Origin: Candidatus Kaiserbacteria bacterium RIFCSPHIGHO2_01_FULL_53_31
GTDB taxonomy: Bacteria > Patescibacteriota > Minisyncoccia > Phycocordibacterales > Phycocordibacteraceae
Direction of reading: 5' to 3'
Length of the DNA stretch: 59,528 nt
Assembly: GCA_001781095.1 (NCBI GenBank)
Contig: MFKU01000014.1
Coordinates: forward strand, 1-59,528
Position numbers and translations under genes: made by a program. Below, in pieces: positions 19,474 to 28,796 of this stretch. The notes under the pieces were generated by a model. It was not told the DNA's origin and did not search any database. It saw only the letters and a list, made by a program, of their open reading frames with translations. Within the stretch, counting starts at the first letter, position 1, and every line of letters starts with the position of its first letter.

Positions 19474-20663
19474 AGTTGATAGACCCAGAGGGAACCGTCG
19501 GTTTTATTGATAAACGCGAGTGTGGTGTTCGCGGAATCGAGAGCGAGTGCCTGCGCATCGAGCGATACCTTGGCTTCTTTAGAAAAATCGAGTACGAGCT
19601 GCGCGTACCGGCCGGCTACATCTATTTTCCAGATACGATCAGAGAATTGCACGGCACCCTGGTACCAATCGTCCGGGTATACATAGTTGGCTGACGGATT
19701 TGCAGGAACGCCGCAGTACACGCCTGAATCATCAACCGCCCAGACACACTTGTCGGCGATCGTGGCGACCGGGAGAGGGAGCGTTTCGCGCGTTGTCGTA
19801 TTGACTAGCTCCATCTGCATCTCGTTACTGCGCGTATAACTCACGAGCACCCACTTCCCCGAAGGGCTTGCGAGGGCGACAAGGCCGTTATGAGGACCAA
19901 CAATATGGGAGAAGAGTCCCACCGCGTCGACTAGAAATGCATCACCACCGAGCGTCGCCGATGGTCTGGTGAACGCGAGGTAGCGCTCCTTTCCTGCAAA
20001 CGAAGCGCGCAAAGATGAGAGCGGCGTAGTAAATAAAGCTTTTGTATTGGTACCATCGGGGCGCTCGATCGATGCGGCAGAGCCGTTCACGCCCGAGGCG
20101 AGCATGAGGACACTCGTGGAAGCAACAGCGATATCGGAAAGATTTTGCGGCAAGAAAAAGCCGGACGCGCCGTTTGCGGGAAGTGCATAGGTGTTCGCCG
20201 TAGAGAAGTCAGCACCTGAGAGATAGCGGACGAACGCTATACTTGCGTCGGGCAGCCATGATGCGGTCTCGATACCCGGGACCGTACGATTACTCGTACG
20301 AGTGATCGTTCGAGCGTGCGTGAGATAGCGGAAGATGTTACCACTCTGACGCTCGATGTAGTTGACCGCAACGTCCGAGGAAGAACTCGCGTTTGTTGCA
20401 GGTACGTCCACAACGACCAGCCCCCGCGCGACGGGGCCGGTGCTTATTCTCACCAGGCGCTGAGTTACAAGCGAGGCCGTTATGATGGGAGTCGTAGTCG
20501 CGTCGTCACCAACCCGTGCAGTCTGTCCGGCCGCGGGCAATGAAGACCCGTTCTTGGGCGCGACAATGATACTAGCGGTGTTGGCGAAGAAATAGAAATA
20601 GACCGCCACGCCGATCCCGAGGATGACAACCAGACTCGCGAGAATAATAAGTGCGCGTCGCAT
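19470..20663 (-). CDS. Membrane-anchored beta-propeller-like protein
   Basis: N-terminal TM anchor and beta-rich repeats; last gene of the VirB4 cluster. Confidence 0.6.
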   Translation of the reverse strand: MRRALIILASLVVILGIGVAVYFYFFANTASIIVAPKNGSSLPAAGQTARVGDDATTTPIITASLVTQRLVRISTGPVARGLVVVDVPATNASSSSDVAVNYIERQSGNIFRYLTHARTITRTSNRTVPGIETASWLPDASIAFVRYLSGADFSTANTYALPANGASGFFLPQNLSDIAVASTSVLMLASGVNGSAASIERPDGTNTKALFTTPLSSLRASFAGKERYLAFTRPSATLGGDAFLVDAVGLFSHIVGPHNGLVALASPSGKWVLVSYTRSNEMQMELVNTTTRETLPLPVATIADKCVWAVDDSGVYCGVPANPSANYVYPDDWYQGAVQFSDRIWKIDVAGRYAQLVLDFSKEAKVSLDAQALALDSANTTLAFINKTDGSLWVYQL

Positions 20664-20668
20664 AATAG

Positions 20669-21751
20669 TTAAGATGAACTCATGCTGCACGTTAACTCCT
20701 CGTTTGCGCATTTAAAACCATATTGGTTATCTGAGTCAACGATTGGAAGATTGGCATCGCCTGGGCAATCATATGCCGATCCAACCATGAACTTAACGAC
20801 CGTTCCGCCACCGACGGCGCAGGCCGCAGTAAACGAACTCTCAACGTTGGTATCGCGCGGTACGATCTTGCTACTCTTCTCATCATAACTAAGGCCGAGG
20901 TAATGAGTCGGGAAATAATATACGACCGTCACAGATTTTCCCTCACACGCAACCGGATATGTATCGAGACACTGTTTCGCATTCGGATCATAATTCCGAC
21001 AACCACTCTTAAACTGCAGTGTCCTCCGGCCCCCATTCTTACATGGGTAAGCCCGAGCTAGCTCTATGGTTGGGCATACAGCAGTTTCTAAATACTGATC
21101 ACTATGAACTGTTACGCAAGAGTTCGCAGGAGGGATGACATCTCTGTATGCATCTGGGTCTGTAGTTGATTGGGAAGTATTACCACCCGAGCTTCTGGAC
21201 GCCGTATCGAGCGGGGGAAGATTTAGAGACAGATTCAGAATACTTGGATTGATGACGGAGAAGACGATGACCGGAGAGAGGACGAGTACGAGGCCGAAGA
21301 TCGCCTGCACGATGTGCCCCTTGCTGTCAGTAATGGTGCTTATGCTGTCTTGATTGAGTGCAATCCGAATACCGGACCAGATAATCTGAATAATGGCGAG
21401 TATTGCGGCGAGTCCGATCAAGTATTTGTAAAGGTTATTGAAAAATATTGCGAGAGATTCCGAGTTCACAACGGCGGTCTGGCTGAAATCGGTGAGACCC
21501 GTGATCGGTGCTAGGGCCACAAAACCGCTCGGCCGTGATTGAATCAAAGAGACCTGCGACGAATCAGGAATACATGATTGGATGGTCGGATCGCATGAAG
21601 GAATGGTAGCTGGGGCTGGAGCTTGGGCGGGAGTTACCGCATCGGGGCACGATGTTCCTGGCTCACACTCGGCTTGCGCAGAGTGTACTCCGGCGAAAGC
21701 GGAAATTATTCCTACAAAAACAAACGTGGTAATGAGAAAGTAGTTGTTCAT
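20669..21751 (-). CDS. Secreted protein with TrbC/VirB2-pilin-like hydrophobic hairpin and Cys-rich tail
   Basis: Signal peptide (AGVHSAQA), LYKYLIGLAAILAIIQIIWSG..AIFGLVLVL..INPSIL CPR pilin-like motif. Confidence 0.6.
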   Translation of the reverse strand: MNNYFLITTFVFVGIISAFAGVHSAQAECEPGTSCPDAVTPAQAPAPATIPSCDPTIQSCIPDSSQVSLIQSRPSGFVALAPITGLTDFSQTAVVNSESLAIFFNNLYKYLIGLAAILAIIQIIWSGIRIALNQDSISTITDSKGHIVQAIFGLVLVLSPVIVFSVINPSILNLSLNLPPLDTASRSSGGNTSQSTTDPDAYRDVIPPANSCVTVHSDQYLETAVCPTIELARAYPCKNGGRRTLQFKSGCRNYDPNAKQCLDTYPVACEGKSVTVVYYFPTHYLGLSYDEKSSKIVPRDTNVESSFTAACAVGGGTVVKFMVGSAYDCPGDANLPIVDSDNQYGFKCANEELTCSMSSS

Positions 21752-22746
21752 AGGCCAAAGAATCCTTCGCCGGAGACTGCGCCGAAGGAGAGCGAGAGGT
21801 TCACCGTCGCGGTCGTCAGCTCGCCGGCCGAGGCGACGAGGGAGAGCGAGGCATTTCCCTTCCCCGAGCCGGTCGGCCGGAGCGTTATCATGCTTCCCGT
21901 CTGTGCGAGGGCGCCGTTTAGAAACCATTTGATGAGCGGCGCGCCCGCGCTGGCCGGGAAGGAGTATGCCGCACCGTAGAGCGAAGACTCCGCACTCGTA
22001 ATATCGTATGAATTAGAAATAGCGCGATCAAACATGACGCCGAGCAGAGGATCATTCCGGTAGATGCGCACAATGGGTTCCTCGGCGGTGAGCGAGAGCG
22101 ATGCACCGCTCGCAACACTGCCGTCCTGACTCTGCACGCTCACTGACACATCTCGATTGCGGTATTGCAGTGGTGACGCCATGATAATCGCGTCCCTACC
22201 GATACCCGAAGCGTTCGCGATCCTCGTGCCGTCAATGGTCCATTCGTATGACAATGTCGCGGGGTTAATTGCCTTGCCGTTCGCACCTGTCAACTGCGCG
22301 ACCGCGACAACTCGCACAGTCCCCTCGATTGGCACAAGCGGTTTGCCGGGGTAAAGCACCGGAGCCGAAGAGATTGGTTCAGCGATGATTGCGACATCCT
22401 GAGGACGGAGCGAGAGAGTTTTGGTGTAAGGAGTGCCGTCTGAGGTCATCGTAACCTTGACGGAGGTGAGTACACCGGGTGCATCAAGTGTGACCGCTGC
22501 CGGCTGTGCATTGCCTTTGTATATTTCTTTGCCGTCCACTACCACCGTCATGACCGCATTCGCCAAATTGACTGCGTTTGAGGTTGGATTGATTACTATT
22601 GTGCTATAGGGCCGCGGGTACTGTGGGCTAATCGAAAGAGTAAATGGATCGGTGGCATCCATCGATTGTGCAGACACGATAAGCGGCAACACAAACATCA
22701 CACCGGAAAAGAGTTTCAATGATAGTCCTAAAATGCGCGGAACCAT
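21748..22746 (-). CDS. Secreted Ig-like beta-sandwich protein
   Basis: Signal peptide, ISPQYPRP, LSYEWTIDG and IKWFLNG beta-rich repeats. Confidence 0.6.
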   Translation of the reverse strand: MVPRILGLSLKLFSGVMFVLPLIVSAQSMDATDPFTLSISPQYPRPYSTIVINPTSNAVNLANAVMTVVVDGKEIYKGNAQPAAVTLDAPGVLTSVKVTMTSDGTPYTKTLSLRPQDVAIIAEPISSAPVLYPGKPLVPIEGTVRVVAVAQLTGANGKAINPATLSYEWTIDGTRIANASGIGRDAIIMASPLQYRNRDVSVSVQSQDGSVASGASLSLTAEEPIVRIYRNDPLLGVMFDRAISNSYDITSAESSLYGAAYSFPASAGAPLIKWFLNGALAQTGSMITLRPTGSGKGNASLSLVASAGELTTATVNLSLSFGAVSGEGFFGL

Positions 22747-22776
22747 ACCGCTATAGTATATCGCTTCTTGCGACGA

Positions 22777-23526
22777 TTATGCCGCCTCGCGCATTCCTTC
22801 TGGGGAATCCTGTATTTCTCGCTCCTGTTCCAACCCCTCTTTTGCGATTTCAACTTCCTGCTCGTCCTCCATTTGGCGTTCAAATTGGGTTTCAGCCGCA
22901 TCGCGTTCTTGGCGCGCCCGCGTGAGATCTACAATTTTTTGATCGCGCTCCTCTCTCGCAATCACTTCCTGTTCTTTTTTCCATTGTTTTAGCTGTTTTT
23001 TCTCCACTGTAATCTGCGTGCGATACAACTTCCCTACCATGAAGGTGAGAGCCGGCAATGCACTCAAGAACGGGAGTTCACTTACGCCAAAACCAAGAAG
23101 AAACCAGAACACAGCACTCTCATTCGCCTTAAAAATGCGCGAGTTTTTCAGAATGAGAATAAGTCCAATCGTGAGCCAGCCGAGAATGCCGAGCGCCATC
23201 GCCATCACGGCTCCGAACATAATCAACGCTGGAGACAATACGGCACCCGCCTTGACGGCGACTGCTGAGCATATCGTGGCCACCGCCTTCGTTCCGAGCG
23301 CTCCCCCCGTGACGGCCGCGACAGTGTCACTCGCGCCATAGGTGCAGTATGCAGCGGCTAACGCCGGTCCGAAGAGCCAAAACATGCTAAAAAAACCACG
23401 GGTAAGATCGAAAATGACGCAGAAAACAAGAACGAACGACGCTTTTAGCCACGTCATCGTCTCTGGCGGCGGGCTTGCCCCTCCGACGCGGCCTCGCGCG
23501 GGGGGACTATTTTTGTTCGGAGACAT
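22777..23526 (-). CDS. Polytopic membrane protein with coiled-coil tail
   Basis: Several TM segments and an E/K/Q-rich C-terminus; overlaps the virB4 stop. Confidence 0.6.
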   Translation of the reverse strand: MSPNKNSPPARGRVGGASPPPETMTWLKASFVLVFCVIFDLTRGFFSMFWLFGPALAAAYCTYGASDTVAAVTGGALGTKAVATICSAVAVKAGAVLSPALIMFGAVMAMALGILGWLTIGLILILKNSRIFKANESAVFWFLLGFGVSELPFLSALPALTFMVGKLYRTQITVEKKQLKQWKKEQEVIAREERDQKIVDLTRARQERDAAETQFERQMEDEQEVEIAKEGLEQEREIQDSPEGMREAA

Positions 23527-25324
23527 GGCGCTCCTTCTCTTGTTTGATCGCGAGCAGCTGTGAAGGGTCAGACGTGATGATTTGATCCTCGGTGTAGCTC
23601 GCGACGATCTTGATCGCCACATGTTTAAGCCCTGCGAAGAACAACCCCTCGCCTACCCCGGCCTCGAGCAGAAGGTATTTCTCTTCATCGGTGAGGTTGA
23701 ACGTTTGTTGGAGCACATCGATGGTCGTCGGCGACTGCTTGAGGAGTAATTGCATTGAAGAATTGGTGAGTATCGGCCGCCCGTAGGGACTCTTCAAGAA
23801 ATCCTCAACGTCCTGCGTGATGGTACAGACACCGAGGTAATATTTGCGCCCGCGCTTCGCGAGGGAGTAGAGGAATGAGGCGGTGTCCTCACTCTTCATC
23901 ATCCACCACGCCTCGTCGATGATAAGCAGTCGTTTTTTAATCTCATGGCGCACGGCATTCCAGATATAGTGGGTGACAATGTACATCGCAACGGGCTTCA
24001 GCTCATCCTCCATATCGCGCACCGAGAAGACGACAAACTGCTGCTTAATATCGATGTTCGTCGGCTGATTAAGGAATCCTGCCCATGTGCCGCGGGTATA
24101 TTTCGATAAACGCTGGACCAGAGACTCGCTCCCTTCCATGCCGGAGAGCACTTGTTCGAAGTCGGAGAGGAGCGGCGGCTCGGCACCCGTGAAGTCGGCG
24201 TCGCCCGTAATGTCTTTGAGCGCATAGGTCTCACTGATTGCGCGATCGACAATAGCGTCCTCCTCGGGCGAGAGACCGCCGAGCATAATGCGGAAGAGCC
24301 CGACCAGATTGATGATGTTGGAACGCAAAATATCTTTTGGATCCTCGTCTTCTCTAACCGGTGGGAGATCAAATGGATTAATGTGGTGCTCCGACGAGAG
24401 TGAAATGTGGAAAGAACGTCCGCCGGTCGCCTCGGCAAGCTGTTCGTATTCGCGCTCGGGATCGATGACGATAACATCAGTGCCGAACATGAGTGAACGC
24501 AGTATCTCGAGCTTCGTCTCGTAGCTCTTGCCGGAGCCGGATTTCGCGAAGATGACGGAATTGTAGTTCTCGAGCGAGAAGCGGTCGAAGAGAATGAGAG
24601 AGGAATTATGGCGATTGATGCCGTAGAGGATGCCGCGGTCGCTCGTGAGATCGAAGGAGACAAAGGGGAAAATCGAAGAGAGCGGGGCTGAATTCAATTT
24701 CGAATTGACGAGGAGTTCATCGGTGCCGAGCGGCAGGCACGAGCGGAATCCCTGCTCCTGCTGGAAGAGTGCCGGCTTGGTGTAGACCAATTTCGCGTCA
24801 AGAATGCCGCGGATAGCGCCCTCGGTCTTGTCAATCTCTTCTTTGGAATCACCATAGAGTGCGAGATAGAGACCGACATCAAACAGCTTCTCCTGCGCTT
24901 GCTGAAGATTGTCACGCAGACTCTCAAGGTCTTGGTACGCTGTGTCCAAGAGAGGATCGCGCACGAGTCCGCGCGATTCGCGCTCGTTTATCTGGCTCTG
25001 TACCTCGGCAACCTTCTTCTGAAAGCCGCGTAGAGCCTGCTCAGTCTCAATCGGATGGATGAAAAGAGAGACATCGAGCACATGGTCGAGATTAATAACG
25101 GGCGCGAACCAGCTGTCGGAAAGAAAGCGGGGATATGAAATCGTATAAAACGCGCGGACAAACTTCTCGCCGAGTTCGAGCTCGCGCGAGCCGATCTTAA
25201 GCGCGGTCGGCGCGATCGTGTCGACGAGATCGAGCGCTCCCCGCACATAAATATTTTTCGGCAAGACCGGTGTTACCGTGGGTGTCTCTTCTTTCTTGTG
25301 ATTAAGAAAATTGAGCAGGGACAT
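23507..25324 (-). CDS. VirB4/TraC-like type IV secretion ATPase
   Basis: AKSGSGKSY Walker A, VIDPEREY, INPFD, IIDEAW Walker B, RGRKY, ITQDVEDF. Confidence 0.92.
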   Translation of the reverse strand: MSLLNFLNHKKEETPTVTPVLPKNIYVRGALDLVDTIAPTALKIGSRELELGEKFVRAFYTISYPRFLSDSWFAPVINLDHVLDVSLFIHPIETEQALRGFQKKVAEVQSQINERESRGLVRDPLLDTAYQDLESLRDNLQQAQEKLFDVGLYLALYGDSKEEIDKTEGAIRGILDAKLVYTKPALFQQEQGFRSCLPLGTDELLVNSKLNSAPLSSIFPFVSFDLTSDRGILYGINRHNSSLILFDRFSLENYNSVIFAKSGSGKSYETKLEILRSLMFGTDVIVIDPEREYEQLAEATGGRSFHISLSSEHHINPFDLPPVREDEDPKDILRSNIINLVGLFRIMLGGLSPEEDAIVDRAISETYALKDITGDADFTGAEPPLLSDFEQVLSGMEGSESLVQRLSKYTRGTWAGFLNQPTNIDIKQQFVVFSVRDMEDELKPVAMYIVTHYIWNAVRHEIKKRLLIIDEAWWMMKSEDTASFLYSLAKRGRKYYLGVCTITQDVEDFLKSPYGRPILTNSSMQLLLKQSPTTIDVLQQTFNLTDEEKYLLLEAGVGEGLFFAGLKHVAIKIVASYTEDQIITSDPSQLLAIKQEKERHVSEQK

Positions 25325-25326
25325 AA

Positions 25327-25959
25327 TTAATTATCTAGCCTAATAGGATTCTCAAGTTCGCCCGGGTTGAAGGAGCGGTACAAGAGTTCGATAACTTCTT
25401 CAGTGCCGAGCGGGATCGCACGGACGCCCGTACCCGCGAGTCCCGATGCGACGAGCGTGAGTCGCTGTTCGAGTTGGGCGCGATCCTCCTCGAACGAAAT
25501 GTCAGTGGTGCTCTTCGCTCTCGGCGTCCCTCTCCGTAGGAAACTGACTGCGCTCGCGGCAGTAACGCGTGGTGCATAGGGCACGACGACATAGAATGAT
25601 TTCGTCATGATGTTCGCTTGGTCGGCGAAAGAACGGACGAATTCGACATACTCATGCAGTTGGATCTTCATGAGCTCAGTTTTCTGCACGGACGCCTTTT
25701 CTTCGAGGAGTGCGAGATAGGGACGCAGGTCCATCTTGCGCGAGTTCACAACAATCTGGATGGAAAAGTCGAGCGTGTTCAGAAAATTCTGGAAACCGAG
25801 AGTGATGGCGTGCTGCTCATCTGCTGACTTGAGTCCGAAATTGATAGAGGAACAAATGAGGATACCGCGGTAACTGCCGTCTTTCAAAACGACGATGCCA
25901 TTCCGAATCTCTTTAACCGGAACGAATTGTTGCGTCGCGCCTGCGGGTTTCGTCGCCAT
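25327..25959 (-). CDS. VirB4-associated protein (TraE/TcpE-like partner)
   Basis: INFGLKS.DEQ..FQNFLNTLDFSIQIV motif; lies between prgI and virB4. Confidence 0.65.
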   Translation of the reverse strand: MATKPAGATQQFVPVKEIRNGIVVLKDGSYRGILICSSINFGLKSADEQHAITLGFQNFLNTLDFSIQIVVNSRKMDLRPYLALLEEKASVQKTELMKIQLHEYVEFVRSFADQANIMTKSFYVVVPYAPRVTAASAVSFLRRGTPRAKSTTDISFEEDRAQLEQRLTLVASGLAGTGVRAIPLGTEEVIELLYRSFNPGELENPIRLDN

Positions 25960-25961
25960 AC

Positions 25962-26408
25962 TTAGGTTGTTTGTTGGTCGTCAACGGGCGGCTGCTGCTG
26001 CACATCGAGCGACCACGCGAGCTCGGAGAGCTTCCCGCGAGTGAGCTTGGGCGTCCCGAGCGGCTGCCGCGCGGCTTCTTCGGCGGCTGCCGCAGCGGCT
26101 GCCGCGGCACTCACCTCCCCCGCCTTCAACTCTTTGTGCTTCCAGAGGAAGAACTTCGCACCGGTGTAGTAGTTGAATCCGGCCTCGAGGAGCTCAATAA
26201 AAGGTTTCCCGTTTATTTTATAAAAAGCGAGTGCACCGCCGAGCGCCACGACCGGTACGGAAAGCACTATAGCGAAAACAAGCGGCAGATAGAACGCGAA
26301 CACGACACAGAGACCGACGGTGCCGGCGATGTAGATAAATTGTTTCAGCGTGAGTGGACCAATGATTTTGTCCTCAACTTCAATAAATTGCGGCACTTGG
26401 TATTCCAT
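25962..26408 (-). CDS. PrgI family (VirB3-like) membrane protein
   Basis: YQVPQFIEVEDKIIGPLTLKQF signature followed by two TMs. Confidence 0.85.
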   Translation of the reverse strand: MEYQVPQFIEVEDKIIGPLTLKQFIYIAGTVGLCVVFAFYLPLVFAIVLSVPVVALGGALAFYKINGKPFIELLEAGFNYYTGAKFFLWKHKELKAGEVSAAAAAAAAAEEAARQPLGTPKLTRGKLSELAWSLDVQQQPPVDDQQTT

Positions 26409-26463
26409 CGCATACCATTATAGCAGTCGCGCGAAGCGCGAAATGAAGAAATCAAGTGGGATA

Positions 26464-26724
26464 TTACTCCCCGCTCCCCCTTATATCCTTGATTTGGATC
26501 GGGCTCTCGATGCCGGGGGACCACTTCGCGTCGATGGTTCCGAATTTCTTCTCGTATTCGTCGAGTTGGTGCGTGAGGCTCTGCACGACGCGCTTCATGT
26601 GTGGCGGCGTAAGTGCGTAGGCATTCGCCGTCTCTCCCACGTTCATAAGTAGCACAAAATTCTCCTGTGAATGCCCGGCGACAACGTTCTCGCAGAATTG
26701 TTTAGGTATTTTATTGAAGTCCAT
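26464..26724 (-). CDS. Small conserved protein (DUF3467-like)
   Basis: ATG 26724; SQENFVL..LTPPHMKR..LDEYEKKFGTI motif. Confidence 0.7.
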   Translation of the reverse strand: MDFNKIPKQFCENVVAGHSQENFVLLMNVGETANAYALTPPHMKRVVQSLTHQLDEYEKKFGTIDAKWSPGIESPIQIKDIRGSGE

Positions 26725-26731
26725 AGCGGCA

Positions 26732-27373
26732 TTATATGCTTCCACCTGCGACGAGTCCAAAGAGCCAGAGAACGAGATTGAAGAAAGGTCCAGCGAGCAC
26801 CGCCGAGAACACAAACAGGAATATAAGCAGCGAGAACACGCCGGCGCCCCGAATCTGGTTCTCAAAGCGGCTTAAACTCGAGGATACATCCCACGGAAGC
26901 GCAGCGCGCAGCGTCGTAAATCCATCAAGTGGAGGAAAAGGGATGAGGTTGAAGAGGCCGAGGAACAGATTAACGAATGAAATTGTTGCAGCGATCGACA
27001 GTGCTGCGACGTTCAGACCGACAATTGACCCGAAGCGCACGACGAGGCCGAACAGAATCGAAAGAAGGATATTAGTTGCGCTTCCAGCGATAGCGACGAG
27101 TGCTTCACCCCATCGCTGATTCTTTAGGTTATATGGATTATACGGAACCGGCTTCGCCCAGCCGAAGAGCATTGGGGAACCGGTGAAGATAAGCAGCGCC
27201 GGAATGACGATCGAGCCCATAAGATCGATGTGTGGAATTGGATTCAGCGTCAATCTCCCTTGGAGGCGGGCGGTCGGATCGCCGAGAGAGTTCGCCGCAT
27301 AACCGTGCGCTACTTCGTGCGCAATAATCGAAAGAATAAGAACGACAAGGGCAAGAATAGCGTCAGTAGTCAT
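26732..27373 (-). CDS. Site-2 protease (M50) family membrane metalloprotease
   Basis: HEVAH (HExxH) and FNLIPFPPLDG (NxxPxxxLDG). Confidence 0.93.
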   Translation of the reverse strand: MTTDAILALVVLILSIIAHEVAHGYAANSLGDPTARLQGRLTLNPIPHIDLMGSIVIPALLIFTGSPMLFGWAKPVPYNPYNLKNQRWGEALVAIAGSATNILLSILFGLVVRFGSIVGLNVAALSIAATISFVNLFLGLFNLIPFPPLDGFTTLRAALPWDVSSSLSRFENQIRGAGVFSLLIFLFVFSAVLAGPFFNLVLWLFGLVAGGSI

Positions 27374-27414
27374 ATGGTTGCTCGTTTAGCATCTTATGGT
27401 ACCATGCGAGAACT

Positions 27415-27657
27415 ATGGCACGCGTATGCGAAATCACCGGCAAGAGCACGCAGATTGGCGGGCGGTACTCTAACCGCACCCGCGCGACGCAATTCAACCC
27501 GACCGGTAAGGTGCGCCGTAAGGCGAATCTCCAGCGGCGGCGCATCTACGTCGCTGAGCTCGGCAAAACCGTCATCGTGGACGTTTCAGTAAAAGGGCTT
27601 AAAACTATAAAGAAAAATGGCGCCTTCGCAGCGCTCAAGAAGGTTGGGGTGGTTTAA
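27415..27657 (+). CDS. rpmB: 50S ribosomal protein L28
   Basis: MARVCEITGK..RRKANLQ..VSVKGLKTI. Confidence 0.92.
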   Translation: MARVCEITGKSTQIGGRYSNRTRATQFNPTGKVRRKANLQRRRIYVAELGKTVIVDVSVKGLKTIKKNGAFAALKKVGVV

Positions 27658-28163
27658 TTTTCCTTCGTAATCGTTTTTCCGTCTGAAATATAGACGCCTT
27701 TGGGTGTGGATGTTGAGATCGTGAGTGCGGTCGCGCCGTAGGATAGTCTGACGACGGGCGACTTTGTGGTCGTCAGGACATCAATAGATACGGCACCTAG
27801 CGAGAGGCGTTTGCCGTAGGGAGACTTCTCCATGGCGGAGACATGATATCGGCCCATGACGGCTGGTAACCCGCCCACGAGATTTGCACTTCCACTGGTC
27901 AGTATTATTGCGTCGAGCCTGCGTTGCCACATAGGGAGTGCAGTGCCGAGTGCGCGTAAAATGCTCGCATCCGGCCCGGCATTAATAAGCACTGTTTTAC
28001 CATGTGGGGTGCGCACGAGTAGCGCGCTGCCCTTCCCCACGTCAAGCATGATGATCGAAAGGACTGGAGCGGCGAATATGTCTCGATATATAAAAATGTT
28101 CGCCACGATAATTCCGCACAATATGAAAATGAGATGCGGCGTCTTAGCTCGTGTGCGAATCAT
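27654..28163 (-). CDS. ComEC C-terminal metallo-beta-lactamase-like domain, truncated and degenerate
   Basis: MLDVGKGSALLVRTPHGKTVLINAG matches the DVGQGD..LIDGG pattern, but the THxHxDH metal motif reads TSGSANL. Confidence 0.65.
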   Translation of the reverse strand: MIRTRAKTPHLIFILCGIIVANIFIYRDIFAAPVLSIIMLDVGKGSALLVRTPHGKTVLINAGPDASILRALGTALPMWQRRLDAIILTSGSANLVGGLPAVMGRYHVSAMEKSPYGKRLSLGAVSIDVLTTTKSPVVRLSYGATALTISTSTPKGVYISDGKTITKEN

Positions 28164-28205
28164 GAGTCGAGTATAGCGTCTCGGTTTATGGTATTTTTAT
28201 GCATA

Positions 28206-28796
28206 ATGAACTACACAGCAAAACAATTCAATATCCCGAACTTGGCGGGGATTTCGGAGAAGCAAATTAAAGTGCATTTGGGATTGTATGAGGGGTATGT
28301 GAAGCAGGTGAACTTCATTGGCGAGAAGCTCGCGGCTGCGCGCGCTGGGAAACTCGAGCTCGATCCATACATTGTTTCGGAACTGCGGCGGCGATTTGCA
28401 TTTGAGTTCGATGGCATGCGGATGCACGAGTATTATTTTGAACAGCTGCAGGGTGGAAGTTGTAAGGTGAAAGAAGAAAATGCATTCGCGAATGCAGTAA
28501 AGGAAAAGTACGGTGAGCAGGGACTCGAGGCGCATATTCGTGAAGTCGCAGGGAGTCGCGGGATCGGTTGGGTCGTTGTGTATTACGATCCGTTAAGTCA
28601 GTCGCTTATCACAACTTTCGTCAGTGGTCATGAGGTCGGCCAGCTCGCGGGGCTACCGATAATTCTCGCACTCGATCTCTGGGAGCACGCCTTTATGGTG
28701 GATTATGTCCCTGCAGATAAGAAGAATTATATTGATGCTTTCTTTGCCAACATCAATTGGGGCGTTGTTGAAAAGCGGTTCGACGCTACAAAATAA
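28206..28796 (+). CDS. Fe/Mn superoxide dismutase family protein
   Basis: ISEKQIKVH, HEYYF, GIGW and DLWEHAF motifs. Confidence 0.88.
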   Translation: MNYTAKQFNIPNLAGISEKQIKVHLGLYEGYVKQVNFIGEKLAAARAGKLELDPYIVSELRRRFAFEFDGMRMHEYYFEQLQGGSCKVKEENAFANAVKEKYGEQGLEAHIREVAGSRGIGWVVVYYDPLSQSLITTFVSGHEVGQLAGLPIILALDLWEHAFMVDYVPADKKNYIDAFFANINWGVVEKRFDATK

